From contig JALWEJ010000089.1 in assembly GCA_027014115.1 (NCBI GenBank), positions 8,015-72,014 on the forward strand: DNA of 64,000 bases, in the 5' to 3' direction. Within the stretch, counting starts at the first letter, position 1. The number at the start of each line of letters is the position of its first letter. The notes beneath the pieces were generated by a model, which saw nothing but the letters and a program-made list of their open reading frames with translations, was not told the origin of the DNA and did not search any database. This document shows, piece after piece, positions 1 through 9,224 of the stretch. Source of the DNA: Desulfurellales bacterium (GTDB lineage Bacteria > Campylobacterota_A > Desulfurellia > Desulfurellales > Hippeaceae). The translations under genes were made by a program, and so were the position numbers.

Positions 1-1179
1 ATCATGCTCTTTTCTATCTATAAACCCCTTATAAATCTTTGCATCGGCATATTTTTCAAGAAGATAAAGAGCATATTTGCTTGCTTTAATACAAAGATTT
101 GGATCGACCCCTCTTTCAAACCTGTGAGATGAATCTGTATGCAGTTTTAATTTTCGTGCTGTCATCCTAACACTTACAGGGTCAAAATATGCACTCTCAA
201 GTGCTATTGTTTTTGTAGAATCAACCACACTTGAATATTCGCCACCCATTACACCGGCAATGGCAATAGGTGATTTTTCATCTGCAATGACAAGCATTTC
301 CTCATCAAGTACATACTCTTTTTCATCAAGTGCAACAATTTTTTCACCTTTTTTGGCGTTTCTTACTATTATATTTCCATTCAATCTGTTCAAATCAAAT
401 GCATGCATAGGCTGACCAAAAGCCATAAGCACATAGTTTGTTATATCAACAACATTATTAATCGACCTTATTCCACTTTTTGCAAGTCTCAACCTTATAA
501 AAAACGGAGATTCCTTAACAGTCACATCGGCAAAATGGAGTGTATATCTCGAACAAGCTTTGAAATTTTCAATTTTTACATCTATAATTTCATCTGCTGT
601 TTTTTCTATTTTGGAGAAACCGCCCTCAATATGCTTAATTTCTTTTTTAAAAAGAGCCTTAACATCCCTTGCAACACCAAGAATACTCAAAGCATCGGCT
701 CTGTTTGGAGTAAATTCTATTTCTATAAGATAATCATCAAACTCATCTATTTCAGAAAGCGGCGTTCCATTTTTAAAGCTGTTATCAAGCCTAAACAATC
801 CGGCTGAAGAATCCTCAAGCCCAAGCTCTTCAAGTGAAAGCATCATACCCTCACTCTCAAAATCACCAAACTTCCTTCTTCCTATTTTAACGCCGTTGTT
901 TATTGTTGCTCCAGCCTTAACAACCGGGAATTTATCACCAACGGCTATCGTCTTATCGGCTGTTGCAATATTCAAAATTTTGCTTCCAATATCAACCTTT
1001 GCAAGATAAAGTTTTCCTTTTTCTTCTATTTCAACAACTTCACCTACAACACTTCCGTATGTCTCAATCCCATCTACGCTGTCAACCTCAAGGCCTGCCA
1101 TAGTTATCCTATGGGCAAGCTCTTCTGCCGATATATCAATATCAATAAATTCCTTAAGCCATCTATACGATACTCTCAT
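1..1179 (-). CDS. pheT: phenylalanine--tRNA ligase beta subunit, N-terminal part (runs off the window start)
   Basis: My reverse-strand translation from the ATG at 1179 reads MRVSYRWLKEFIDIDISAEELAHRITMAGLEVDSV...IEFTPNRADALSILGVARDV, a typical PheT N-terminus. It starts 10 nt after the pheS stop. The frame stayed open as far as I translated (to about 660). It is absent from the ORF track, presumably because there is no stop inside the window. Confidence 0.9.
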   Translation of the reverse strand, partial: MRVSYRWLKEFIDIDISAEELAHRITMAGLEVDSVDGIETYGSVVGEVVEIEEKGKLYLAKVDIGSKILNIATADKTIAVGDKFPVVKAGATINNGVKIGRRKFGDFESEGMMLSLEELGLEDSSAGLFRLDNSFKNGTPLSEIDEFDDYLIEIEFTPNRADALSILGVARDVKALFKKEIKHIEGGFSKIEKTADEIIDVKIENFKACSRYTLHFADVTVKESPFFIRLRLAKSGIRSINNVVDITNYVLMAFGQPMHAFDLNRLNGNIIVRNAKKGEKIVALDEKEYVLDEEMLVIADEKSPIAIAGVMGGEYSSVVDSTKTIALESAYFDPVSVRMTARKLKLHTDSSHRFERGVDPNLCIKASKYALYLLEKYADAKIYKGFIDRKEHD

Positions 1180-1189
1180 AACAACCTAC

Positions 1190-2194
1190 CTAAAATGAGA
1201 ACTGTTTTAAAAATCTTGTGTCGTTTTCGAAGAAGAGTTTTATGTTGTCTATTCCGTATTTCAACATGGCAAACCTCTCTATACCCAAACCGAATGCAAA
1301 GCCGTTATACTCCTCAGGGTAGTTCACATTTCTCAAAACATTGGGATGAACCATGCCGCAGCCTAAAACCTCTAAAAATCCCGTATGGGAACACACCCTG
1401 CATCCTTCACCCTTGCATATTATACAGCCTATATCAACCTCTGCTGAGGGTTCTGTAAATGGAAAATAGCTTGGTCTAAATCTAACCGGAACATCACCGA
1501 AAAACATCCTCAAAAATTCACTCAATACACCCTTCAAATCTGAAAAATGTATATCTTTATCTATAAGCAGACCCTCAATCTGATGAAACATGGGTGAGTG
1601 GGTAATATCCGAATCCCTTCTGTAGACCTTTCCCGGTGATATAAACATAACAGGCGGTTTTTTCTCTTTCATAACCCTAATCTGGGTAGGAGATGTATGT
1701 GTTCTAAGTAACACATTATCATTTATGTAGAAAGTATCCTGCATATCCCTTGCGGGGTGTTCTTTTGGTATATTCAACATTTCAAAATTATATAAATCGT
1801 ACTCTATCTCATAACCAAATTCCACATCAAAACCCATAGACCTAAATATATCTTCAATTTCCATTATTGTTTTCGTTATAGGATGTACAGCACCAAACTC
1901 TTTTCTTCTTGAGGGAAGTGTAATATCTATTGCTTCTTCTTCTAACGATTTCTTTTTGATAAATTCGCTTATTTCTTTTTGTTTAGCAATTATGGTTTCT
2001 TCTATGTAACTTTTGAGCTTGTTTATATTCTTGCCAAACTCTTTCTTCTGCTCGTTTTCAAGGTTAGCCATCTGCTTAAACAGCTCTGTAAGTCTGCCCT
2101 TTTTGCCCAAAAATTTTGCCTTTAGCTGTTTTAATTCTTCTTGGTTGGCTATTTCTTTTATAGCTTCTTCAAATTCTTTTTTAATATAGTGCAT
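1190..2194 (-). CDS. pheS: phenylalanine--tRNA ligase alpha subunit
   Basis: 334-aa ORF with class II aaRS motifs (FRPSYFPFTEPSAEVD, GFAFGLGIERFAMLKYGI), immediately upstream of pheT. Confidence 0.95.
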   Translation of the reverse strand: MHYIKKEFEEAIKEIANQEELKQLKAKFLGKKGRLTELFKQMANLENEQKKEFGKNINKLKSYIEETIIAKQKEISEFIKKKSLEEEAIDITLPSRRKEFGAVHPITKTIMEIEDIFRSMGFDVEFGYEIEYDLYNFEMLNIPKEHPARDMQDTFYINDNVLLRTHTSPTQIRVMKEKKPPVMFISPGKVYRRDSDITHSPMFHQIEGLLIDKDIHFSDLKGVLSEFLRMFFGDVPVRFRPSYFPFTEPSAEVDIGCIICKGEGCRVCSHTGFLEVLGCGMVHPNVLRNVNYPEEYNGFAFGLGIERFAMLKYGIDNIKLFFENDTRFLKQFSF

Positions 2195-2211
2195 GTTATC
2201 CTCCGAACATT

Positions 2212-2256
2212 AAAAAAAATGCGAAAAAACACCGTTTTACTGGCGTTTTTTCGCAT
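2212..2256 (-). terminator. Rho-independent terminator after rplT
   Basis: Arms 2219-2233 and 2242-2256 pair (about 14 bp, one mismatch) and are followed on the minus strand by a run of 8 T (plus-strand A run 2212-2219). It lies between the rplT stop and the pheS start. Confidence 0.7.
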
Positions 2257-2284
2257 TGTGAGTCATCTTACATATTCAAAGATA

Positions 2285-2626
2285 CTACTTTACGCTTTCA
2301 ACCAAAGCCTTAAATTCTTCCGGCTGTCTTATGGCAAGTTCACTTAAAACCTTTCTGTTTAAGCTTATGCCTTTTTCATCCAAGGCATGCATAAATCTTG
2401 AGTAGTTTAGTCCGTATTCTCTCACTGCAGCATTGATTCTTGCAATCCACAATCTTCTAAATTCCCTTTTTTTAACCTTCCTATCTCTGTAGGCATAAGC
2501 AAGGGCTCTTCTTACACTTTCTTCGGCATTTTTATATGTTGAATGTCTTCTCTGATAAAAACCCTTTGCCATTTTAAGGATTTTTTTATGTCTTCTTCTT
2601 CTTGTATAACCTGTTTTAACTCTCAA
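2285..2626 (-). CDS. rplT: 50S ribosomal protein L20
   Basis: 113-aa basic ORF (MRVKTGYTRRRRHKKILKMAKGFYQRR...) in the conserved infC-rpmI-rplT order. Confidence 0.95.
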   Translation of the reverse strand: MRVKTGYTRRRRHKKILKMAKGFYQRRHSTYKNAEESVRRALAYAYRDRKVKKREFRRLWIARINAAVREYGLNYSRFMHALDEKGISLNRKVLSELAIRQPEEFKALVESVK

Positions 2627-2640
2627 TTTTTACTCCTTTC

Positions 2641-2844
2641 TTAACTGTAAGGCATTAATCTGCTTAAGTTCTGATAAACGCTGCCGGATTCAATAATATG
2701 AAGCTTCTTCAGCGTCCTTTTTCTTTTTCTATTTTTTGACGACAAAAGATGGCTGTGAGAACCTTTGTGTGCTTTAAATGCACCTTTTGCCGTTTTTGTA
2801 AATCTCTTTGCGGCTGCTCTTCTTGTTTTAAGCTTTTTCATCAA
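2641..2844 (-). CDS. rpmI: 50S ribosomal protein L35
   Basis: 67-aa very basic ORF (KKLKTRRAAAKRFTKT...SKNRKRKRTLKK) between infC and rplT. Confidence 0.9.
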   Translation of the reverse strand: MMKKLKTRRAAAKRFTKTAKGAFKAHKGSHSHLLSSKNRKRKRTLKKLHIIESGSVYQNLSRLMPYS

Positions 2845-2850
2845 ATCCTC

Positions 2851-3378
2851 CTATTTATTTGGAACAAAAGAGAACGACATCCTTCTGCCCTGATAATCGG
2901 GTTTACCCTCCATAGAGCCGTACTCCGCCAAATCCTCTTTTATTCTCTCTATAAGCTGATCTATTAGCTCTTTTTTATCAAATTCTCTTCCTCTAAAAAA
3001 TACATTAAACTTTACCTTGTTTTTTTCTTCCAAAAACTTAACTGCCATTTTAATTTTTGTATTGTAGTCATTATCGGCAATTCTTGGCCTAAGCTTCAAC
3101 TCTTTTACTTTTATTATCTTTTGAGACTTTTTGCTTTTTTGCTGTTTCTTCTGCTTGTCGTAGTTGTATTTTCCATAGTCCATTATCTTGCAAACCACGG
3201 GGTCTGAGTTTGCACCGACAACAACTAAATCCATCCCAACGCTTTTAGCTCTGTTGATGGCATCTTTTATACCAACTACACCAAGCTGCTCACCATTTTC
3301 CGAAATAAGTCTCACTTTGTCCGCCTTGATATTTTCGTTAATTGGCGGAAGCTCCTTTTTTCTAAAATCTCCTCTTAT
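2851..3378 (-). CDS. infC: translation initiation factor IF-3, probable non-AUG (ATA) start
   Basis: The ORF track starts at GTG 3315, but the frame is open back to the thrS stop. The upstream residues (IRGDFRKKELPPINENIKADKVRLISENGEQLGV) are IF-3-like. Starting at ATA 3376-3378 gives 175 aa, the normal IF-3 size. Confidence 0.8.
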   Translation of the reverse strand: MRGDFRKKELPPINENIKADKVRLISENGEQLGVVGIKDAINRAKSVGMDLVVVGANSDPVVCKIMDYGKYNYDKQKKQQKSKKSQKIIKVKELKLRPRIADNDYNTKIKMAVKFLEEKNKVKFNVFFRGREFDKKELIDQLIERIKEDLAEYGSMEGKPDYQGRRMSFSFVPNK

Positions 3379-3381
3379 ACA

Positions 3382-5244
3382 TCACCTCCTAAGCGCTATC
3401 TCTTTATCAACAAGAGAAATAAACTCATCTATATGGAAATTGCCCAGATCGCCCTCTTTTCTTTTCCTAACAGCGACGCTGCCGTTTTCTACCTCTTTAT
3501 CACCAATAACAAGTGTATACGGAATCTTGTCTTTTTCTGCCATTCTTATCTTTTTTGATAGTGTCTCATTGCGCTCTTCAAGCTCAACCCTAACACCGCT
3601 TTCTTTTAACTTCTCAAAAACCTTCTTTGCATATTCATCATGCTTTTGAGAAACAGGAACAACCCTTGCCTGAGTAGGTGCAATCCAAAGAGGGAAATCT
3701 CCTGCATAATTTTCTATTAAAACAGCAATAAATCTCTCAATCGAACCCAAAATAACCCTATGCACCATAACGGGCTGCTGCTCTTTTCCGTTTTCATCTA
3801 TATATGTTAAATTAAATCTTTCGGGGAGAGTAAAATCACACTGTATTGTTGCGCACTGCCAACTTCTGCCTAAGGCATCCTTTAGTTTTACATCAATTTT
3901 AGGACCATAAAATGCGCCGTCACCTTCATTTATTTCATACTCTCTGTTTGTATTTTTCAGTGCATTAATCAAAGCATTTGTAGCAAGATCCCACTGCTCG
4001 TCACTACCTATCGAATCCTCAGGCCTTGTTGAGATTTCAAGCTCATACTCAAACCCGAAAAGCTCCATAACATCCTGAACAAAGTTCAAAACACCGATTA
4101 TCTCATCATTTAGCTGATCCGGTCTACAGAAAATATGGGCATCATCCTGAGTAAATTCTCTAACCCTCAAAAGACCGTGCAGTACACCGCTTTTTTCGTG
4201 TCTGTGAACAACGCCAAGCTCAAAATACCTCTTGGGCAGTTCTTTATAGCTTCTTTTTGTTGACTTATAAACCTCTATATGCCCAAGACAGTTCATAGGT
4301 TTTATACCGAAACTCTGCTCATCTATTTCGGTAAAATACATATTGTTTCTGTAGTGATCAAAGTGTCCGCTTCTTTTCCATAAATCCGTTCTTAGAATTT
4401 CCGGACCCTTAACAAACTCATAGCCCCTTTTTATATGCTCTTTCTGCTCAAAACTCTCAATAAGATATCTAAGCACAGCACCTTTTGGGTGCCATATTAT
4501 TAAACCAGGCCCAACCTCGTCTGTTATACTGAACAGATCAAGCTCTTTTCCCAACTTTCTGTGATCCCGCTTTTTAAGCTCTTCCAAAAATTTTAAATGG
4601 TTGTCAAGCTCTTCTTTTGTCGCAAATGCAGCTCCGTATATTCTCTGCAGCATAGGTCTTTTTTCGTCACCCTTAAAATATGCACCTGCAACAGAAAGTA
4701 GTTTAAAATATTTCAAATAACCAGTTGAAGGAATATGGGGACCTCTGCATAAATCCGTAAAATCACCCTGAGTATAAAAACTTACAGGGTCTTCAGGTAT
4801 ATCCTCTATAATCTCAACCTTGTATTCATCGCCTTTATTCTTAAAATAATCAACAGCCTCTTTTTTACTCAACTGTCTTCTTTCAAATTTGTAGTTTGCA
4901 CCTACTATCTTTTTCATCTCTTTTTCAATAAGCTTTAAATCCTCATCTGTAAGGGTTCTACCCACATCCATATCGTAGTAAAAACCGTTTTCAATAGCAG
5001 GACCAACCGCAAATTTAGCGTTTGGAAACAGATGACTCACAGCCTGAGCCATTATGTGTGCCGAGGAGTGTCTGAGTATTTCAACACCCTCTTTTGAATT
5101 TATATCTATAAACTCAACATCCTCATTGTTATCGAGAGTCGTATTCAAGTCGACTATTTTATCCCTTATTTTTGCAACAACAGCAGTTTTCAGCTTGTTT
5201 TTCTTTGCGTATTCAAATAGGTTTGTACCTTTCTCGATCAACAT
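3382..5244 (-). CDS. thrS: threonine--tRNA ligase
   Basis: Long ORF with ThrRS hallmarks ([11 protein letters not shown], class II core [26 protein letters not shown]). I prefer the ATG at 5244, which has GAGG 7 nt upstream, over the TTG at 5256 in the track. Confidence 0.93.
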   Translation of the reverse strand: MLIEKGTNLFEYAKKNKLKTAVVAKIRDKIVDLNTTLDNNEDVEFIDINSKEGVEILRHSSAHIMAQAVSHLFPNAKFAVGPAIENGFYYDMDVGRTLTDEDLKLIEKEMKKIVGANYKFERRQLSKKEAVDYFKNKGDEYKVEIIEDIPEDPVSFYTQGDFTDLCRGPHIPSTGYLKYFKLLSVAGAYFKGDEKRPMLQRIYGAAFATKEELDNHLKFLEELKKRDHRKLGKELDLFSITDEVGPGLIIWHPKGAVLRYLIESFEQKEHIKRGYEFVKGPEILRTDLWKRSGHFDHYRNNMYFTEIDEQSFGIKPMNCLGHIEVYKSTKRSYKELPKRYFELGVVHRHEKSGVLHGLLRVREFTQDDAHIFCRPDQLNDEIIGVLNFVQDVMELFGFEYELEISTRPEDSIGSDEQWDLATNALINALKNTNREYEINEGDGAFYGPKIDVKLKDALGRSWQCATIQCDFTLPERFNLTYIDENGKEQQPVMVHRVILGSIERFIAVLIENYAGDFPLWIAPTQARVVPVSQKHDEYAKKVFEKLKESGVRVELEERNETLSKKIRMAEKDKIPYTLVIGDKEVENGSVAVRKRKEGDLGNFHIDEFISLVDKEIALRR

Positions 5245-5266
5245 AGCATACCTCAAAATATATAAA

Positions 5267-5341
5267 TGGTGGGCGCAAGTGGTTTCGAACCACTGGCCTC
5301 TTGCGCGTCAAGCAAGTGCTCTCCCCCTGAGCTATGCGCCC
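5267..5341 (-). tRNA. tRNA-Val (anticodon GAC), CCA encoded
   Basis: The reverse complement GGGCGCATAGCTCAGGGGGAGAGCACTTGCTTGACGCGCAAGAGGCCAGTGGTTCGAAACCACTTGCGCCCACCA folds as a cloverleaf by hand: 7-bp acceptor, GCTC/GAGC D stem, CTTGC/GCAAG anticodon stem with loop TTGACGC, and a TTCGAAA T loop. Confidence 0.9.
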
Positions 5342-5355
5342 GATTACGGATAAAG

Positions 5356-5384
5356 TTGTTATCATTTTCTATTGTAATTGTCAA
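5356..5384 (-). promoter_or_regulatory. candidate sigma70 promoter with extended -10, for tRNA-Val and thrS
   Basis: Minus strand reads TTGACA (5384-5379), a 17-nt spacer ending in TGa, then TAACAA (5361-5356). The tRNA 5' end lies 15 nt downstream. Confidence 0.5.
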
Positions 5385-5552
5385 GATAGAAAAAATTGTA
5401 ATTGGCAGGCTTTTGATAACTTTTTACCTTCAATAGGATATCAACAACATTGAATAGAATCAAGCATTAAAAACACTCATTCAAAACAGTTAACCTTTTT
5501 TGATAATTCTTTTGTAATACACTCAATAAAGTTTTAGGGAAACAGTATTAAA

Positions 5553-5629
<77 letters not shown>

Positions 5630-5647
5630 ATTTTTAAAGCGATAGAG

Positions 5648-5676
5648 TTCTTATCATTTTATTTTATACTTGTCAA
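5648..5676 (-). promoter_or_regulatory. candidate sigma70 promoter with extended -10, for tRNA-Pro
   Basis: Minus strand reads TTGACA (5676-5671), a 17-nt spacer ending in TGa, then TAAGAA (5653-5648). This is the same architecture as the tRNA-Val promoter. Confidence 0.5.
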
Positions 5677-5682
5677 CATCAA

Positions 5683-6675
5683 CTACTTTGTCTTTAAAAT
5701 TACAGGCTTAAATCCGTATTTTTTCAAAAATCCGATCTTTTCTTTTGTTGTTCTAAAAACAAAAATGTATTTATAAACAGCTGTTTGTCTTTCTTTTGCT
5801 ATTATTCTAAACGGTGTATGCTTCCAAACATCTATATACCTATTTCTCTTTGATAAATTCACATTTTTATCTATATTTACATAAAACAGAAGTCCGAAAT
5901 TTTCTATACCGTAAATCTTATACCCTTTTTGTTTTAAAACAGCAGCAAACCTAACAAGTTTTTTGTAGCTATCAAACCCTCCGACATATATGTCATAGCT
6001 TTTTTGCTCTTTTATTTTAAGTTTTCTGTATTTATACTTTATATGCAACTTTTTTAAGTTCTTCATCAGGTAAAACGGGCTTGTTTTTGTTTGGATTTTT
6101 ACAGTTATGTATCTGTTTTTTGCAATTTTTTTATTCACCTTTTTACTGCTGTTTGAGCGTAAAATATTTACAAGCTTAGCCTTGTCGGTTTTTTTGTTTT
6201 GCTGAACTGTCTTATTGTCTGTTTTTATCGTTTTTTTCTGCTGTTGTTTAAGGTCATCCAAGACAATTTCGTTTGTACTTGAATTGTCCTTGTTTGGCAC
6301 ATTTTCAAGCTGTATATCAAATGAAAAAACAACATCTTTATTCTTTTTTGCAGCCTCTACTGCTTGTTCGGCTTTTTCTTTTTTCTTTATCTTGGCTTCA
6401 TGTTGTGTGATACTTTCTTCTTTATGGTTTATATTCTGTTTTTCTTCAATATGCTTTTCGGATTTTTTTTCAATATACTCTCTTGCCTCATTTTTATTCG
6501 GCAGTATAATTTTTTCAACATTCCTTACAAAGAAAAAATAAACACAGACAAAAATCAGAATCACAACAATAAATGTTGTAAATATAAGTATAATAAGCGG
6601 CTTTTTACTCTTTTTTATATTGGGAAGATCTATATGGTCTGGAACCTGCGTTGTAATTAGGTTTATTTCAATCAT
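5683..6675 (-). CDS. hypothetical bitopic membrane protein with a Lys-rich linker and possibly a SPOR-like C-terminus
   Basis: 330-aa ORF with N-terminus MIEINL..., one TM helix (PLIILIFTTFIVVILIFVCVYFFFV) and a K/E/Q-rich low-complexity stretch. The C-terminal YDIYVGGFDSYKKLVRFAAVLKQKGYKIY is loosely SPOR-like. It overlaps the sppA stop by 8 nt. Confidence 0.6.
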   Translation of the reverse strand: MIEINLITTQVPDHIDLPNIKKSKKPLIILIFTTFIVVILIFVCVYFFFVRNVEKIILPNKNEAREYIEKKSEKHIEEKQNINHKEESITQHEAKIKKKEKAEQAVEAAKKNKDVVFSFDIQLENVPNKDNSSTNEIVLDDLKQQQKKTIKTDNKTVQQNKKTDKAKLVNILRSNSSKKVNKKIAKNRYITVKIQTKTSPFYLMKNLKKLHIKYKYRKLKIKEQKSYDIYVGGFDSYKKLVRFAAVLKQKGYKIYGIENFGLLFYVNIDKNVNLSKRNRYIDVWKHTPFRIIAKERQTAVYKYIFVFRTTKEKIGFLKKYGFKPVILKTK

Positions 6676-7522
6676 GATAAATCATCTTTACAGACGGATT
6701 AAACAACAAATATATATAGTCAAAAACAAAAGAAAACTGCTCACCCATCAACTCTTTTAAAAGAGGTTTTTTGGGTTTTATCTCCACCATGCGGATATGT
6801 TTGATATGGGATGTTTTTTTAAGCTGCGATTTTATCAAATCCAGACCGCCAACATAATCTATTAAGCCGATTTTTTTCGCATCATATGAGGCAAAAACAC
6901 TGCCGTTTGCATACTGTTTGAGTTTGTCTTTATCTATATGTCTGCTTGTTGATACGACATTTATAAATTCATTATAGATACCATCAACAACGCTCTGCAG
7001 CATTTTTTTATCATCTTTTGTGGGCTTTCTGAACGGATTGCCTACATCTTTGAGTTTCCCGCTTTTTACAACCAACATATCAACACCAACCCTTTTGGAT
7101 AACTCTGTGACATTTAAACTTTCAAAGATAACACCAATACTGCCTATTATTGATGTCGGATAGGCAAATATCTTATCCGCTCCACAAGCCGCATAGTAGG
7201 CTCCGCTTGCACATATACTGTCAACCAGAACAAATACGGGTTTTTTATTGTTTAATTTTTTTACAGCCCTATAAAGCCTCTCACTGTCGTTTGCTCCTCC
7301 ACCGGGTGAATTAATCTCTATAATAACACCTTTGAAATTTTTACTGCGTTCTGCTTTGGATAACTGTTTTATCCAGTCTTTTATACTATCTTGATTAATG
7401 ATACCTGTAATTTTAATTAGCGCAACATTATACGGCTTTTTGGAATAGTAATGAGCAAAATTTATAACAAATATGGCAATAAAAATTATTAAGAATATGC
7501 CTATAGTTTTTTTAATCACCAA
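6668..7522 (-). CDS. sppA: signal peptide peptidase SppA (36K type)
   Basis: 284-aa ORF with an N-terminal TM helix and ClpP/crotonase-like SppA motifs (INSPGGGANDSERLY, CASGAYYAACGADKIFAYPTSIIGSIGV). Confidence 0.85.
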   Translation of the reverse strand: MVIKKTIGIFLIIFIAIFVINFAHYYSKKPYNVALIKITGIINQDSIKDWIKQLSKAERSKNFKGVIIEINSPGGGANDSERLYRAVKKLNNKKPVFVLVDSICASGAYYAACGADKIFAYPTSIIGSIGVIFESLNVTELSKRVGVDMLVVKSGKLKDVGNPFRKPTKDDKKMLQSVVDGIYNEFINVVSTSRHIDKDKLKQYANGSVFASYDAKKIGLIDYVGGLDLIKSQLKKTSHIKHIRMVEIKPKKPLLKELMGEQFSFVFDYIYLLFNPSVKMIYHD

Positions 7523-7540
7523 ATACGCCCGTTAGGCTAA

Positions 7541-9094
7541 TTAATCGTCAATAAAGCTTGACACAAGTTTCTTTTTGCTCTTATCCAACCTCAATATCTT
7601 AACATTGGCTTTCTCACCCTTTTGGGGTTCAAAATTGCCAAATTCACTTCTTGGAACGAGGCTTTCAACGCCTTTTTCTATTTTTACAAATGCACCGAAA
7701 GGCTTCACATTAACAATCTCTGCCTCAATCACATCGCCTGGGCTGTATCTTGTATCTATATCTTCCCACGGGTCTTTTGTAAGCTGTTTTACTCCAAGTG
7801 CAATTCTCTCTTTTTCTTTATCTACACTTAAAACTACAGCTTTGACACTATCTCCGACCTTAAACTGCTCTTTATCCTCTTTGTCCCATGAAACATCCTT
7901 CTCGTGTACCAGACCCTCAATACCTTCTTCAAGCTTTACAAATATACCAAAATCTTTTATGCCCGTAACAGAACCTTCAATAATGTCACCTTCTTTATAT
8001 CTTTCGTCGATATTTTCCCACGGATACTGCTTACACTGCTTTATAGACAGAGACATACGTCTTGCATCGGTGTCTATATTGATGATTTTAACATCTATTT
8101 TCTCACCTATTTTGTAAATATCTTTTGCCTTTACAGGGTATTTATCGTATGTTATTTCGCTTTTATGAACCAAACCCTCAATACCTTTTTCTATCTCAAC
8201 AAACAGGCCGTATTCTACTATATTAACTATATCACCCTGAACAACATCACCTATATTAAACTTTTCTTCTATACCTTTCCACGGATCTTCTGTAAGCTGC
8301 TTCATGCCAAGATATATCTTTTTCTCTTTTCCGTCATCTTCTATTTTTGCAACCTTAACCTCTATCTCATCGCCTATTTTTACCATATCTGACGGATGGT
8401 CTATACGGCTCCATGACATATCTGTAATATGAACAAGTCCATCAACACCACCCAAATCAACAAACACGCCGTAATCGGTAATGTTTTTAACTTTACCTGA
8501 AAGCACCGCATTTTCTTTGATTTTTTCCCAAAGTTCCTCTTCTTTTTGTTTTTTCTGTTCTTCAAGCAGTGCTTTCCTTGATAAAACGGCATTTCTTTTG
8601 TTTTCATTTATACTGACAATTTTAAATTCAAACTCTTTTCCCACATATGAGGGATAATTTTTAATAGGATGCATCTCAACTTGAGAACCCGGTAGAAATG
8701 CCAAAAATCCATCTATATTTACGGTAAAACCGCCGTTTACAAGACTTTTAACGACACCCTTTACGGGTCTGTTTTCTTTATATGCAGCCAAAACATTTTT
8801 CCAGCCCTTTACCCTGTCGGCAGCCGATTTTGAGAGAATTTCAAAGCCGTCTTCATCTGTTTTGTTAAAGAAAAGAGCTTCAACATCGTCACCTATCTTA
8901 ACATTGACATTACCGTCTTCATCCGTAAATTCTTTTATGCTTATAACACCTTCGGATTTATAACCAATGTCTACGAAAACATCTTTGTCCCTTATGCCTA
9001 TAACCTTTCCTTTTACAATCTCTCCGCTGTCAAAATTTTTGAAAGCCTCGTCGTAATTTACAGCAAATTCAACATCTTTTTCCTCGTTTAACAT
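7541..9094 (-). CDS. rpsA: 30S ribosomal protein S1
   Basis: Six tandem S1 domains (repeated G.V..I..FGAFV...G.EGL.H.S). I prefer the ATG at 9094, which has GGGGGG upstream. The track start at 9130 overlaps a TATAAT box. Confidence 0.93.
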   Translation of the reverse strand: MLNEEKDVEFAVNYDEAFKNFDSGEIVKGKVIGIRDKDVFVDIGYKSEGVISIKEFTDEDGNVNVKIGDDVEALFFNKTDEDGFEILSKSAADRVKGWKNVLAAYKENRPVKGVVKSLVNGGFTVNIDGFLAFLPGSQVEMHPIKNYPSYVGKEFEFKIVSINENKRNAVLSRKALLEEQKKQKEEELWEKIKENAVLSGKVKNITDYGVFVDLGGVDGLVHITDMSWSRIDHPSDMVKIGDEIEVKVAKIEDDGKEKKIYLGMKQLTEDPWKGIEEKFNIGDVVQGDIVNIVEYGLFVEIEKGIEGLVHKSEITYDKYPVKAKDIYKIGEKIDVKIINIDTDARRMSLSIKQCKQYPWENIDERYKEGDIIEGSVTGIKDFGIFVKLEEGIEGLVHEKDVSWDKEDKEQFKVGDSVKAVVLSVDKEKERIALGVKQLTKDPWEDIDTRYSPGDVIEAEIVNVKPFGAFVKIEKGVESLVPRSEFGNFEPQKGEKANVKILRLDKSKKKLVSSFIDD

Positions 9095-9128
9095 AAAATT
9101 ACCCCCCTTTTTTAAATTATACTTAAGC

Positions 9129-9156
9129 ATTATAATAATACTCTCTATGTTGTCAA
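9129..9156 (-). promoter_or_regulatory. candidate sigma70 promoter of rpsA
   Basis: Minus strand reads TTGACA (9156-9151), a 16-nt spacer, then TATAAT (9134-9129), about 35 nt upstream of the preferred rpsA ATG. Confidence 0.55.
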
Positions 9157-9224
9157 CAAATAAAACAGGCTTTTTTTAGAAAATATGAGATAATATATTT
9201 AGTATTTGTAAACTCACAGTTAAA

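Noticed and set aside
2195-2284. A pheST attenuator with a Phe-rich leader peptide, as with E. coli pheM.
   Set aside because: The only small ORFs in the 90-nt gap (for example MTHNAKKRQ) contain no Phe codons. The hairpin is most simply the rplT terminator.
9095-9130. N-terminal extensions offered by the ORF track: rpsA 9095-9130, smpB 17176-17211, ExeA-like 42747-42809, fbp 28948-28962, thrS 5245-5256.
   Set aside because: The extensions overlap promoter boxes, terminator hairpins or the RBS of the better internal ATG, and they add non-conserved residues.
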